From assembly GCA_034717975.1 (NCBI GenBank), contig JAYEMF010000138.1, forward strand, positions 8,949 to 67,692: DNA of 58,744 nt. The letters run 5' to 3'. The position numbers were made by a program, and so were the translations under genes. Under the pieces are notes generated by a model, which had not been told where the DNA came from, made no database searches, and saw nothing but the letters and a program-made list of their open reading frames with translations. Numbering within the stretch: the first letter of the stretch is position 1; the number at the start of each line of letters is the position of its first letter. Origin of the DNA: Campylobacterota bacterium (GTDB lineage: Bacteria > Campylobacterota > Campylobacteria > Campylobacterales > Sulfurimonadaceae). Shown one piece after another: positions 10,223 to 18,814 of the stretch.

Positions 10223-11788
10223 GTGAATCCACTCTCCCGTCTGATCGTCGACAGTGCTTACGGCTTGCTGGCATCGGAAGGGTACCAGCGTAGAAAAGCC
10301 TTTTTCAGAAATCTTCTCGATAATAACGAATACTCCCTAAAACGCTATTTTGACTACATGATGATCACATTGATCTTCCTGAGTGTCGTGATCCTCATCC
10401 GTGAAGTCAAACACCCTGTTAATGATCTCTGGCTCTTTTTTAATAACTTTGTTATCTCATTCGTCTTTCTGACGGAGTATCTTCTGCGATTCTGGATTGC
10501 CAGTGAGAGTTCCAAAATTGTTGTAGCGCAGTATGAAAAAGATACGATGCTTCAGCGTAAGTTTCGTCTGAGCCATGCTCTTAAAAAAATAGTGAGAGCC
10601 AAATGGGAGTATGTACGCTCCGTTACGGCAATCATTGATCTGCTCGCGATCGTCCCGTTTTTCCATCAGATGCGTCTGCTTCGTATCTTCATTCTTTTTC
10701 GTGTCTTCAAGCTTTTCCGTTATGCCAGAAGCCTTCAGACATTCGGATCTGTCCTTGCCACCAAAAAGTTCGAGTTTTTGACACTCCTGATGTTCGCATC
10801 CATTGTGATCTTTATATCAGCCGTGCTGATCTATGTGATGGAAGCCAATAACCCTGATTCACCGATCGACACCCTCTATGAAGCCTTTTACTGGGCGATC
10901 GTAACCATTTCAACCGTTGGTTTTGGTGATATCACTCCGGTGACGGATGCCGGCCGTTTTGTGGCTATGGTGATTATCATTGCAGGGGTTGCCGTTCTGT
11001 CATTTACCACTTCTATCGTGGTATCGGCATTCACCGAAAAACTTGATGAGATCAAAGATGTCAAAACCATTGATGATGTCACAAAACTGAAGCGTTTTTA
11101 TCTTATCTGCGGCTATGAGGATGTCGCGCATCAGGTAGCAGCCAAACTTCGTCGCAGCGGTCGTCGAGTGATTGTGATGGACAGAGACCCGGAGCATATC
11201 AAACGGGCTAAAGCGCATGGACTTATTGCCCTTCCGTATGACCCTGGTGCACTTGAGAGCTATGGACACCTGAAGATCGATTTTAAGAAACAGGTGATCA
11301 GTGTTTTATGCCTTCGTGAAGATGATGTTCAAAATATTTATACGGCTTTGACCATCCGTTCGATGGATACAAAGGTCAAGATACTGGCCATACTGATGAA
11401 CCGGCAAAACCATAAAAAACTGCAGCTTGCCGGAGTCGATGATATCTTGTATACGCAGGAACTCATAGGTATGATCGCCAAGGAGTTCAGCGGCAAACCG
11501 GTGGCATTCGAAGCGATCCATGCACTGCGTTCGGAACAGACTTCTGTCAAGATTGAAGAGATCAGTGTGGATGAGCGTATGTGTAATAATTTTACGTTTA
11601 TCCGTGAGTTTGATTTTGATGCTTATCATCTTCTTCTTATGGGAGTCTATAAACAGGGTAAAAAAGAGTTTCTTTTCAATCCGATGGACGATACGATACT
11701 GGAGGAGGGCGACATTCTGCTGCTGATCGGTGAAAAAAGTTTTATTTCAGAGTTCAACCTCTCTATCCATACAAAGAGACAGCCATGA
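10223..11788 (+). CDS. voltage-sensor-type K+ channel fused to RCK (TrkA-N/TrkA-C-like) domains
   Basis: S4-like helix RLLRIFILFRVFKLFRYAR (basic residue every third position), a K+ selectivity filter TISTVGFGDITP, then about 250 aa of cytoplasmic RCK-like region. GTG start lies 1 nt after the gatB stop. Confidence 0.8.
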   Translation: MNPLSRLIVDSAYGLLASEGYQRRKAFFRNLLDNNEYSLKRYFDYMMITLIFLSVVILIREVKHPVNDLWLFFNNFVISFVFLTEYLLRFWIASESSKIVVAQYEKDTMLQRKFRLSHALKKIVRAKWEYVRSVTAIIDLLAIVPFFHQMRLLRIFILFRVFKLFRYARSLQTFGSVLATKKFEFLTLLMFASIVIFISAVLIYVMEANNPDSPIDTLYEAFYWAIVTISTVGFGDITPVTDAGRFVAMVIIIAGVAVLSFTTSIVVSAFTEKLDEIKDVKTIDDVTKLKRFYLICGYEDVAHQVAAKLRRSGRRVIVMDRDPEHIKRAKAHGLIALPYDPGALESYGHLKIDFKKQVISVLCLREDDVQNIYTALTIRSMDTKVKILAILMNRQNHKKLQLAGVDDILYTQELIGMIAKEFSGKPVAFEAIHALRSEQTSVKIEEISVDERMCNNFTFIREFDFDAYHLLLMGVYKQGKKEFLFNPMDDTILEEGDILLLIGEKSFISEFNLSIHTKRQP

Positions 11789-12486
11789 CTCAAAATGACG
11801 TTATCATTTTCGGCTACAATGAATACGCAATGCAGATTGCCAGTAAGATCAAAAACGAGTATCGAAGCCTGCATATCTATGTGCTTGAAGCTGAAGGTCT
11901 CGAGGCTGTTTCCAGTGCCGGTTTCCAGGGTTCACTCTTTGATCTGAGTGATAACTGGGATGATATCACCAAGAATCATAAAATTGATGAACTGGTCATC
12001 TTCAGTGCCCTTGAGGATGATGCCAACAATATCTTTGTGACGATTTCGCTGCGCGCTGCCTTTGAATCGGTCATGATCATTGCATTGGCCAGCAATGAAG
12101 AGAGTGCCAACAAACTGAAAATGGCCGGTGCCAATAAAGTCATTCCGGTCATCCAGACTACGGCAAACATCATTGTCGGCCAGCTTGAGGCACCGATTAC
12201 GACGGAGGTACTTCACCGGGTACTTTACGAAGAGAGTGATTTGAAGATCGCACAGATAACAGTGGCTGAAAATTCAGAGTTTGTCGGACGTTACCTGCAT
12301 GAAATTCGCTGGAATGAGCGTTTTGGTGTGATCGTTCTGGCTGTTGTTGATCATGAAGTAAGTACTTCGTTTATCTTCACCAACCGGGGACAGAAGCATA
12401 AACTGGATCCGGATGATCTGCTGATCGTCATCGGATACGAAAAAGATATTCAGGGCTTTGAACGTGCCATTGGAGGAAGAACATGA
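11785..12486 (+). CDS. soluble RCK/TrkA-like domain protein
   Basis: 233 aa with a Rossmann-like N-half (VIIFGYNEYAMQIASKI) and a TrkA-C-like C-half (KIAQITVAENSEFVGRYLHEI...GVIVLAV...DDLLIVIG). 4-nt overlaps with both neighbours. Confidence 0.65.
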   Translation: MTQNDVIIFGYNEYAMQIASKIKNEYRSLHIYVLEAEGLEAVSSAGFQGSLFDLSDNWDDITKNHKIDELVIFSALEDDANNIFVTISLRAAFESVMIIALASNEESANKLKMAGANKVIPVIQTTANIIVGQLEAPITTEVLHRVLYEESDLKIAQITVAENSEFVGRYLHEIRWNERFGVIVLAVVDHEVSTSFIFTNRGQKHKLDPDDLLIVIGYEKDIQGFERAIGGRT

Positions 12487-13373
12487 ATAAAATAGGTGTT
12501 ATCGGAGCAGGAAAATGGGGGTCGGCACTCGCCTTTGCACTCTCGGTCAATAATGATGTGGTGATCAACTCCCGCACACCCCGTGATCTTTCAAATTTTG
12601 TCTCTCTCGAAGAGGTATTGGCGTTAGAGTATATTGTCATTGCCATTCCGGCGCAGCAGGTCAGCCAGTGGCTGAAAGAGAAGTTCGTCTATCGCGGGCA
12701 GAAGGTTCTTGTCGCCGCAAAAGGGATAGAAGCCTCCACGGGACGCTTTTTGAATGAGATCTATGAAGAGTATGTGCCAAAAGAGAATCTGGCTTTCATC
12801 TCGGGCCCCTCTTTTGCGGTCGAAGTGATGCAGTCGCTTCCTACAGCAATTGTAATAAATTCAGTAGATGAACAGACAGCTATGGAGTTTTCGGAATTTT
12901 TTCCGGAGTTCATGCGCACTTATGTCAGTGATGATGTTCCCGGTGCAGAAGTGGCAGGTGCCTATAAAAATGTCATTGCCATCGCTGCAGGGATCTGTGA
13001 AGGCTTGAAGCTTGGCAATAATGCCTCTGCATCGCTGATCTCCCGCGGTCTGGTGGAGATGCATCGTTTTGCCAGGGCGTACGGAGCCAAGGATGAGAGT
13101 TTTATAGGCCTCAGCGGAGCCGGTGACCTTTTTCTGACAGCCAGTTCAACGATGTCCCGAAATTTCAGAGTTGGTCTTGGACTGGCAGAGGGGAAAAAGA
13201 TCGATACGATAATCGAAGAGCTCGGTGAAGTGGCTGAAGGTGTCGGAACAGCCTATGCTTTGCAGACCATCGCCCAACAGCGTGAGATCTACCTGCCGAT
13301 TGCCACTGAAGTCTATGAGATACTTGAAGGAAAAGAGCCGCTTGAGAGCCTGAAGGATCTATTGACAAAGTAA
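12483..13373 (+). CDS. gpsA: NAD(P)H-dependent glycerol-3-phosphate dehydrogenase
   Basis: IGVIGAGKWGSALA dinucleotide fold, GPSFAVEV, and YKNVIAIAAGI...GLSGAGDLFLT motifs. Confidence 0.9.
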   Translation: MNKIGVIGAGKWGSALAFALSVNNDVVINSRTPRDLSNFVSLEEVLALEYIVIAIPAQQVSQWLKEKFVYRGQKVLVAAKGIEASTGRFLNEIYEEYVPKENLAFISGPSFAVEVMQSLPTAIVINSVDEQTAMEFSEFFPEFMRTYVSDDVPGAEVAGAYKNVIAIAAGICEGLKLGNNASASLISRGLVEMHRFARAYGAKDESFIGLSGAGDLFLTASSTMSRNFRVGLGLAEGKKIDTIIEELGEVAEGVGTAYALQTIAQQREIYLPIATEVYEILEGKEPLESLKDLLTK

Positions 13374-13549
13374 AGGGAAGGGCGGGGATTGACTTAACAC
13401 TTGGTTCTATTCTATGCTTTGAAATGGCACAGAACACACGTCTTCAGCAGAGAGCTCTCAAACCCTTGGTTTTCATTGGGTTGACTTTGTCGAACAATAA
13501 AACTTTACATATTGATTCTCAGTCCTAACAATCTATAGTAAATTGCTTC

Positions 13550-14284
13550 TTATTCTATAGAAAATCTGGCGTAGATCGGATTATGATCTGAAAGCTTTCC
13601 GCTGTCGAGCGCCCTGGATTCTACCAGCTTCAGACCCCGATAGAAGATATGATCAAGGGGTTGGCGGAAAACCCGTTTGATATGGTGCGCATCGTAAAAA
13701 TCTGCTTTTATCAGCCCCAGTTCGCTGCAAAACTGTTCGAGAAGAGTGTTTCGTGTTTTACTCCAGCAGTTGAAATCACCCGCTACGATCATGGCGCCGG
13801 AATGTTCCTGTAGTAGTGTTTTGAGGGTATGCAGTTCTTTTAAAAACCATCGTGAAGGGACGAAGTTGATGGCATGGATATTGATCAGCAGCAACGTCGT
13901 ACCATCGGCAAGACGGTGGGTACTGATTAAAACGCTTTTGTGGGTGCTAAGGTGCACCTCCCGGCTCTGTGTCAGCAGGTTTTCAGCCGTTTCAAAAGAG
14001 GCATTTGCGGCGGTCAGGACTCCGTAGATGTAGCGGCGTGTCTGGATGTTGGCAGCCATGGCATACGAAAAACCCGGCAGTTTCAGCGGTCTGTGGAGGG
14101 AGGTTTTGGCTTCCTGGAGCAAGATCAGGTCGCTGGGGCAGGATTGGAGCAGATGGTGGAGATAGGGTTCAAAAGCACTGCCGAGTGTCTCTTTGTGGAC
14201 ATTCCAGCAGAGCAGGCCAAATAGCGGAGCCAGCGATTGATTGTGATGATGAAACATAGTTGGCGAGTGGGTCGGTTTTAGCAT
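13550..14284 (-). CDS. endonuclease/exonuclease/phosphatase (EEP) family protein, YbhP-like
   Basis: EEP pattern LLCWNVHKE...LILLQEA...INIHA...AGDFN...SDHNPI. I moved the start to ATG 14284 (GAGAG SD, 7 nt after the cls stop). Track ORF start 14380 would overlap cls by 89 nt. Confidence 0.7.
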   Translation of the reverse strand: MLKPTHSPTMFHHHNQSLAPLFGLLCWNVHKETLGSAFEPYLHHLLQSCPSDLILLQEAKTSLHRPLKLPGFSYAMAANIQTRRYIYGVLTAANASFETAENLLTQSREVHLSTHKSVLISTHRLADGTTLLLINIHAINFVPSRWFLKELHTLKTLLQEHSGAMIVAGDFNCWSKTRNTLLEQFCSELGLIKADFYDAHHIKRVFRQPLDHIFYRGLKLVESRALDSGKLSDHNPIYARFSIE

Positions 14285-14291
14285 GGGACTC

Positions 14292-15683
14292 TCATAGTAT
14301 CGGGGCGATGACCCGCATAAAGTTTTCTCCAAGTTTCCGGACTCTTCCTGCCGGTTCCATCTTGGTACCGGAGTGCTCAATCAGCTTTTGCATCCATTGT
14401 TCAACAGCATTGATGACCGGCTCCGAATAGGAGAAACTGACCACTTCATAGTTTAAAAAGAGGCTGCGGTTGTCAACATTTACCGAGCCGAGCATGGCGA
14501 TGGTATTGTCAAACAAAACTGCCTTGGCATGGAGCATACTTCCTTCGTAAAGTGCAACGTCTATACCGGCTTCGGTGAGTTCACGCATAAAACTGCTGCG
14601 GCCGATATCGGCAATGAGATGGTCTGATTCACGCGGTGTGATCAGCCTGACATCGACGCCTTTGTGTTTGGCAATAATCAGCGCCTGAATCAGCGAGGCG
14701 TCCGGTACAAAATAGGGGGTAACGAGCCAGATACGGGTTTTTGCATCGTGTATGGCGCTGGTAAGTGCTTCGAAAAGTGCATCGGAGTCAACATCGGGGC
14801 CGGAGGGAACCACCTGCATCGAGATAGTACCGAGGGGATCCGGGAGAAGCTTTGATTTTGGGAAATCACTGCTTTGTGCGGCATAAAGCCAGTCTGAAAT
14901 AAAGATTTCACAGTAGTGAAAGACGGCAGGTCCCTCTGCCAAAAAGAGCAGATCGTTCCAGCGTACCTTCTCAGATGATGGCCCCATGTATTCACAGGAG
15001 ATATTCATACCGCCGGTAAGAACGGTACGCTGATCGAAGAGGTAGATCTTGCGGTGGTTACGAAGATTGATATAGTTACGAAAGGGAGTGTGCATCACCG
15101 GCATGAAAAAGAGCACTTCCCCGCCGGCTTCACGAAGCGCCCTGAGGGAATACTGAAAAAAATAGAGCCGGTATGAACCCAGTGAATCGATCAGCACTTT
15201 AACCTGTACCCCCATTTTTGCTTTTTCTGTCAGGGCCGCAAGTACTGTTTTGCCAATAGCATCATTTTTGAAGATATAGGTGCTGATAAAGATGCTCTCT
15301 TTGGCATTTTCAATAGCCTCCAGTAGCAAATGGTAGGCGCTCACGCCATCTGTATAGAGTGCAAACCGGTTTCCTGTCGTTGTACCGGGAATACCGTTGC
15401 TGCGTAAAAGGGTGTCTATTGGAGCTGTTTTAGCGGGAGGAAGTTCATTGACCGCCTGCATGGAAAAGGCGGATTTATAGATCTTTTTCCTGTGTTTGCG
15501 CAGGCCGAGAATAAAATAAAAGGGTACTGCAACATAAGGGAGCAGAAAAATTGCCAGAAACCAGGCGATCATGCTTGTCGGAGAATGGCGCTGATAGATT
15601 AAATGAAGCAGTGCAGCAACAAAAAAAAGCTGCCCTGTCAGAATAAAAGCATAATAAACGATCCAATCTATTTCAGCGATCAC
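14292..15683 (-). CDS. cls: cardiolipin synthase (PLD superfamily, two HKD motifs)
   Basis: Two N-terminal TM helices and two HxK(x)4D motifs (NHRKIYLFDQRTVLTGGMN and LHAKAVLFDNTIAMLGSVN). GTG start with AGGA 8 nt upstream. Confidence 0.9.
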   Translation of the reverse strand: MIAEIDWIVYYAFILTGQLFFVAALLHLIYQRHSPTSMIAWFLAIFLLPYVAVPFYFILGLRKHRKKIYKSAFSMQAVNELPPAKTAPIDTLLRSNGIPGTTTGNRFALYTDGVSAYHLLLEAIENAKESIFISTYIFKNDAIGKTVLAALTEKAKMGVQVKVLIDSLGSYRLYFFQYSLRALREAGGEVLFFMPVMHTPFRNYINLRNHRKIYLFDQRTVLTGGMNISCEYMGPSSEKVRWNDLLFLAEGPAVFHYCEIFISDWLYAAQSSDFPKSKLLPDPLGTISMQVVPSGPDVDSDALFEALTSAIHDAKTRIWLVTPYFVPDASLIQALIIAKHKGVDVRLITPRESDHLIADIGRSSFMRELTEAGIDVALYEGSMLHAKAVLFDNTIAMLGSVNVDNRSLFLNYEVVSFSYSEPVINAVEQWMQKLIEHSGTKMEPAGRVRKLGENFMRVIAPIL

Positions 15684-15852
15684 GTCTTAATCCTATGAGA
15701 TCTTTGATAATCAGAGCAAGACAAAAGAGCCAGAGTATATTGAGTATCCAGTTATTATGCAAACCTTGCCAATAGAGCAGGGGCAGTCCTATTACGATAG
15801 GCCACTTTAGAAAATAGAAAAACAGGATAGCACTGCCGTAGAGCTCTTTCAT
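15673..15852 (-). CDS. possible 59-aa hydrophobic mini-protein overlapping the cls start
   Basis: Hand-translated: MKELYGSAILFFYFLKWPIVIGLPLLYWQGLHNNWILNILWLFCLALIIKDLIGLRRDR. Its stop TGA overlaps the cls GTG by 11 nt. It is below the ORF-track size cut-off and has no clear SD. Confidence 0.25.
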   Translation of the reverse strand: MKELYGSAILFFYFLKWPIVIGLPLLYWQGLHNNWILNILWLFCLALIIKDLIGLRRDR

Positions 15853-15907
15853 GGGACTATACTACCAAAGATTAGATAAAATGGCATAAAAATTCAGGGA
15901 GTTTTCC

Positions 15908-16198
15908 ATGGTCGTACATATTGTTATGTTTACATTCAAAGAGGAGAAGAGGTCAGAAAATATTGCCAAAACAAAGGTGATGCTTGAGGCCCTTGTCGAG
16001 AAGATCGAACCGCTTAAAAGCATGGAGGTGGGTATCGACTTTAACGGCTCGGAGCGTGCGATGGATCTTTCACTCTACTCGACATTCGAGACCAAAGAGG
16101 GTTTGAAAACCTATGCTACGCATCCTGCGCACCTTGAAGTGGTGGCTTTCATCAAAGAGGTGACAGAAGCGAGTAAAGTGGTTGATTACGAACGGTAG
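15908..16198 (+). CDS. Dabb (stress-responsive alpha+beta barrel) domain protein
   Basis: 96 aa. VVHIVMFTFKEE...MEVGIDFNGSERAMDLSLYSTFETKEGLKTYATHPAHLEV is the typical Dabb pattern. Confidence 0.7.
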   Translation: MVVHIVMFTFKEEKRSENIAKTKVMLEALVEKIEPLKSMEVGIDFNGSERAMDLSLYSTFETKEGLKTYATHPAHLEVVAFIKEVTEASKVVDYER

Positions 16199-16216
16199 CG
16201 GGTAAGTGATGGCGTC

Positions 16217-17383
16217 TTATACGCCATCTACTCGAAGAAGTTTGGTTTTTCCAACCATTAAATCGATAGTCATACCGATTCTCTTAAATACACTCTCCTG
16301 TCTATATTCCAGGTTGTGTTTTTTACAGATCTCTTTGACGATTGGTTGCATTTTTTGGTATTGACTATGCGGTATGCTCGGGAAAAGATGATGCTCTATT
16401 TGATAATTTAAGAAACCATGAGCAAAATCGATCAGGTCGGTGCCAGTGTTATAATTTACACTGCCCATGATCTGTCTCAGGTAAAACTCGCCCTGACTCT
16501 TATGCGGCTCGTTAAACATATAGATATCTTCAGCAGAGTGGTTTGGAACGATCACTAGAAATGAGTGAAGATTCGCATAGTATTCAGCCATCAGCGTGAT
16601 AATAAAAGCGTTAAAGACGGCTTCCATCCCAAGCGGTAAAAATAGAAGCGGGATCAAAATAAATTTCACACTGATATAAGGGAGCATATAGTTTTTCCAT
16701 AACTCTTTACCATTTTTTGTAAATGGACTCCACTCATACTCACTCGTCTCGGGCAGTTTTTTCTTTCTTCGCTCTTTATTTTCCAGGATCCTCAGTGTGT
16801 TTGGTGCATAATAGGTAAATTTCCAGGTCCCGGCAAATGCATATATGATTATGTATCTTAACCACATAGGTGTTTTTGACTGGATCAGCCACTGAAGATT
16901 CTTTTCAACGTTATCCGGATCATCGACTTCTCCCAAGTGGTAGTGGTGCATGATATTGTGCTCATACTCCCAGGCTTCAGGCTTGATCCAGTCCAGCCAG
17001 TGAAGATATCTGTTCTTGCCTCTTGCAAAACCGGCTTTTGTATATTTGAAAGGGATACCAGGAACTTTGTCATACGCGCCATGCAAAATAGGATGAGTGA
17101 CATCTGCCCATCTGGTTACATTCCCGACACCGATCAGTACAGCAGCAACTACAGCCATACTCCAAAAAAGAAGAGAACTGATTCCCGATGTGATCTCAAG
17201 CAGACTTACCAAAAATATGATGGCATAGCCCCAAAATGTTGAAGCTCTGCTCCATCTTTCCAACTTTAACAGATGTTCGAAATCTTCCTGATTTACTTCA
17301 CCCAATGTCTCTTTTATCTCATCGAGATCTTTTTGAAGCTGATCTTTGTCAACATCTTCATATCTTGTGTAGGTCGGTGCCAT
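16217..17383 (-). CDS. membrane fatty-acid desaturase family protein
   Basis: Three His boxes (HPILHGAY, HNIMHHYH, QIEHHLFP) separated by hydrophobic helices. Confidence 0.85.
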   Translation of the reverse strand: MAPTYTRYEDVDKDQLQKDLDEIKETLGEVNQEDFEHLLKLERWSRASTFWGYAIIFLVSLLEITSGISSLLFWSMAVVAAVLIGVGNVTRWADVTHPILHGAYDKVPGIPFKYTKAGFARGKNRYLHWLDWIKPEAWEYEHNIMHHYHLGEVDDPDNVEKNLQWLIQSKTPMWLRYIIIYAFAGTWKFTYYAPNTLRILENKERRKKKLPETSEYEWSPFTKNGKELWKNYMLPYISVKFILIPLLFLPLGMEAVFNAFIITLMAEYYANLHSFLVIVPNHSAEDIYMFNEPHKSQGEFYLRQIMGSVNYNTGTDLIDFAHGFLNYQIEHHLFPSIPHSQYQKMQPIVKEICKKHNLEYRQESVFKRIGMTIDLMVGKTKLLRVDGV

Positions 17384-17392
17384 AACACTCCT

Positions 17393-17887
17393 TTATAAGT
17401 ACATTATTTGCGAAAGCAGTATCATCACGACTACGAGTGCAAATGGAAAGAGATGGCTCTTGAAGAGCCATGGATTGATCTTGAAAAATTTCTGGTTAAA
17501 TCCGCGAAGTCCGAGCCAAAGTCCGAAAAACGCTTTGATGGATAGCATGAGCTGAAAACTGTTCATACCATCTTCGCTGATCTCACCGAACACCTGCGTA
17601 AACATATAGATACCCGTACCTACTGCTACCAAGAGTGCATTAGGAACGACCTTGCGCACATGCATCATGATCGCTTCTCTGGCCTTGGTATGCTCCTCTT
17701 CACTCAAAGTCTGTTTCATTTTAGCCAGAAAGAGGTTGTCGACAAACAGAAAACCACCGTAGATAAAGACGGAAAAGATATGAATGATATGGATGATCTC
17801 GTAAGTGATGGAAACAGCCTTGAATATTTTGACGTGATTATACTGGTATGTTGCTATAAAAAGGTTGATATGGGTCAATCGGCACAT
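17393..17887 (-). CDS. hypothetical integral membrane protein (4 TM), first gene of the desaturase operon
   Basis: 164 aa, 9 nt upstream of the desaturase on the same strand. No family recognised. ATG 17887 is preceded by AGAGGTG, which is supplied by the repeat element. The start is uncertain within a few codons (TTG at codon 3). Confidence 0.5.
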   Translation of the reverse strand: MCRLTHINLFIATYQYNHVKIFKAVSITYEIIHIIHIFSVFIYGGFLFVDNLFLAKMKQTLSEEEHTKAREAIMMHVRKVVPNALLVAVGTGIYMFTQVFGEISEDGMNSFQLMLSIKAFFGLWLGLRGFNQKFFKINPWLFKSHLFPFALVVVMILLSQIMYL

Positions 17888-18157
17888 AGGGCACCTCTAA
17901 AAACCCTGTATATCATCAGAGGGCAAAGAAGGTGTAAGATTTTGTTCTAAGGTTTCGTAGGACTACCAGTAGGTAATTCAAGAAACTTTAGGACGGAAGC
18001 TTGCGCCTTATTTGCCCTCCCAAAGGGCGTCACATACGACTTCGTGAGTCTGCGTTAGAACCTTGCCACCGTAGCCCTGCTACGCTGACAAGAACCTGCC
18101 TTGATCACAAAGTCGTATGCAACGCTGATGATACACAGGGCTTTTAGAGGTGCCCTA
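17887..18157. repeat. 271-bp nested-palindrome element with 33-bp terminal inverted repeats (MITE-like or structured leader RNA)
   Basis: Left arm TAGGGCACCTCTAAAAACCCTGTATATCATCAG (17887-17919). The reverse complement of 18125-18157 matches at 31/33. Internal arms are 17918-17934/18004-18020 (14/17) and 18028-18047/18105-18124 (17/20). TA dinucleotides flank GGGC...GCCC at both ends. Confidence 0.85.
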
Positions 18158-18230
18158 TATGTTTTTTTGAGGTTCTGCTATCGAAATAGTGCTTTCTTCT
18201 TGAGAGGTTATGGTGATGAACACTCTGCTC

Positions 18231-18244
18231 TAAGAGGTGACCTA
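18231..18244 (+). repeat. degenerate copy (12/14) of the TTAGAGGTGCCCTA motif
   Basis: TAAGAGGTGACCTA, same orientation as the right terminal repeat (18144-18157), 46 nt upstream of the proposed PAS start. Confidence 0.5.
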
Positions 18245-18289
18245 AAATATTTGTGGCATAATGCCCTTAACTATTTTAAAGGATATGAT

Positions 18290-18814
18290 GTGAACCGGCC
18301 CGAACCTCTAAATGAAGCGATAGAACTTGATCCAAAACGTTATTTAGTCAGTGAAACCGATGCAAAAGGTGTCATCACTTACTGCAACGGCTATTTTAGG
18401 GAGGTTGCAGGATACTCTGAAGAGGAGTTGATTGGTCAGCCGCACAATATTATCCGCCATCCTGATATGCCGAAACTTATTTTCAAGGTGCTATGGGACC
18501 GTATTCAGAACGGTCAAAACATCAATGCAGTGGTTAAGAACCTGGCAAAGGATGGACGTTACTATTGGGTCTTTACAGAGTTCAATATTAAAAAAGATGC
18601 CGACAGCGGTGAGGTTATTGGTTATATGGCCTCACGAAAAGCGGTCTCAAAACATGTTGTTGAGATCATCTCAGGACTTTATAAAAATATTTTAGCGATT
18701 GAAAACAGTGAAGGTATGGATGCCGCACAGGCATATCTAAACACTTTTCTGAAAGAGAAGGGTGATGATATCGTGATCGATAACCTTATGGAAAATATCC
18801 ATAAGTTTTATTAA
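18290..18814 (+). CDS. stand-alone Aer/CetB-like PAS domain protein
   Basis: VSETDAKGVITYCNGYFREVAGYSEEELIGQPHNIIRHPDMPKLIFKVLWDRIQNGQNINAVVKNLAKDGRYYWV is the Aer-type PAS pattern. I chose GTG 18290 as start (AAAGGA 6 nt upstream). TTG 18251 is an alternative. Track start 18101 lies inside the repeat element. Confidence 0.75.
   Translation: MNRPEPLNEAIELDPKRYLVSETDAKGVITYCNGYFREVAGYSEEELIGQPHNIIRHPDMPKLIFKVLWDRIQNGQNINAVVKNLAKDGRYYWVFTEFNIKKDADSGEVIGYMASRKAVSKHVVEIISGLYKNILAIENSEGMDAAQAYLNTFLKEKGDDIVIDNLMENIHKFY

Noticed and set aside
13371-13382. TAAAGGGAAGGG occurs directly at the stop codons of both ribF (2937-2948) and gpsA (13371-13382).
   Set aside because: A shared 12-mer is expected roughly 100 times by chance in a 58.7-kb window (N^2/2 x 4^-12), and the downstream sequences diverge immediately.
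16206-16240. 8-bp-stem hairpin GATGGCGT-cttat-ACGCCATC between the Dabb gene and the desaturase 3' end, considered as a bidirectional terminator.
   Set aside because: Half of the stem is inside the desaturase coding sequence and neither strand has a following T-run, so I did not call it as a feature.
17918-18020. Fragments resembling the c-di-GMP-I (GEMM-I) riboswitch core on the plus strand: AGAGGGCAAAG compared with ACAGGGCAAAC, and GGACGGAAGC compared with GGACGCAAAGCC.
   Set aside because: The two fragments pair with other parts of the element (GGGCAAAG with the TTTGCCC at 18011-18017). There is no GNRA-tetraloop hairpin or receptor in between, and no downstream gene follows in the plus direction at the right distance. 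I treat it as coincidence, though an Infernal scan with RF01051 would settle it.
18101-18289. N-terminal 63 codons of track ORF 18101..18814 (MITKSYATLMIHRAFRGALYVFLRF...).
   Set aside because: This part is encoded by the right arm of the 271-bp repeat element and its flank and has no PAS-related sequence. Aer/CetB-type PAS proteins begin about 20 residues before the VSxTD motif, which fits GTG 18290 (or TTG 18251).
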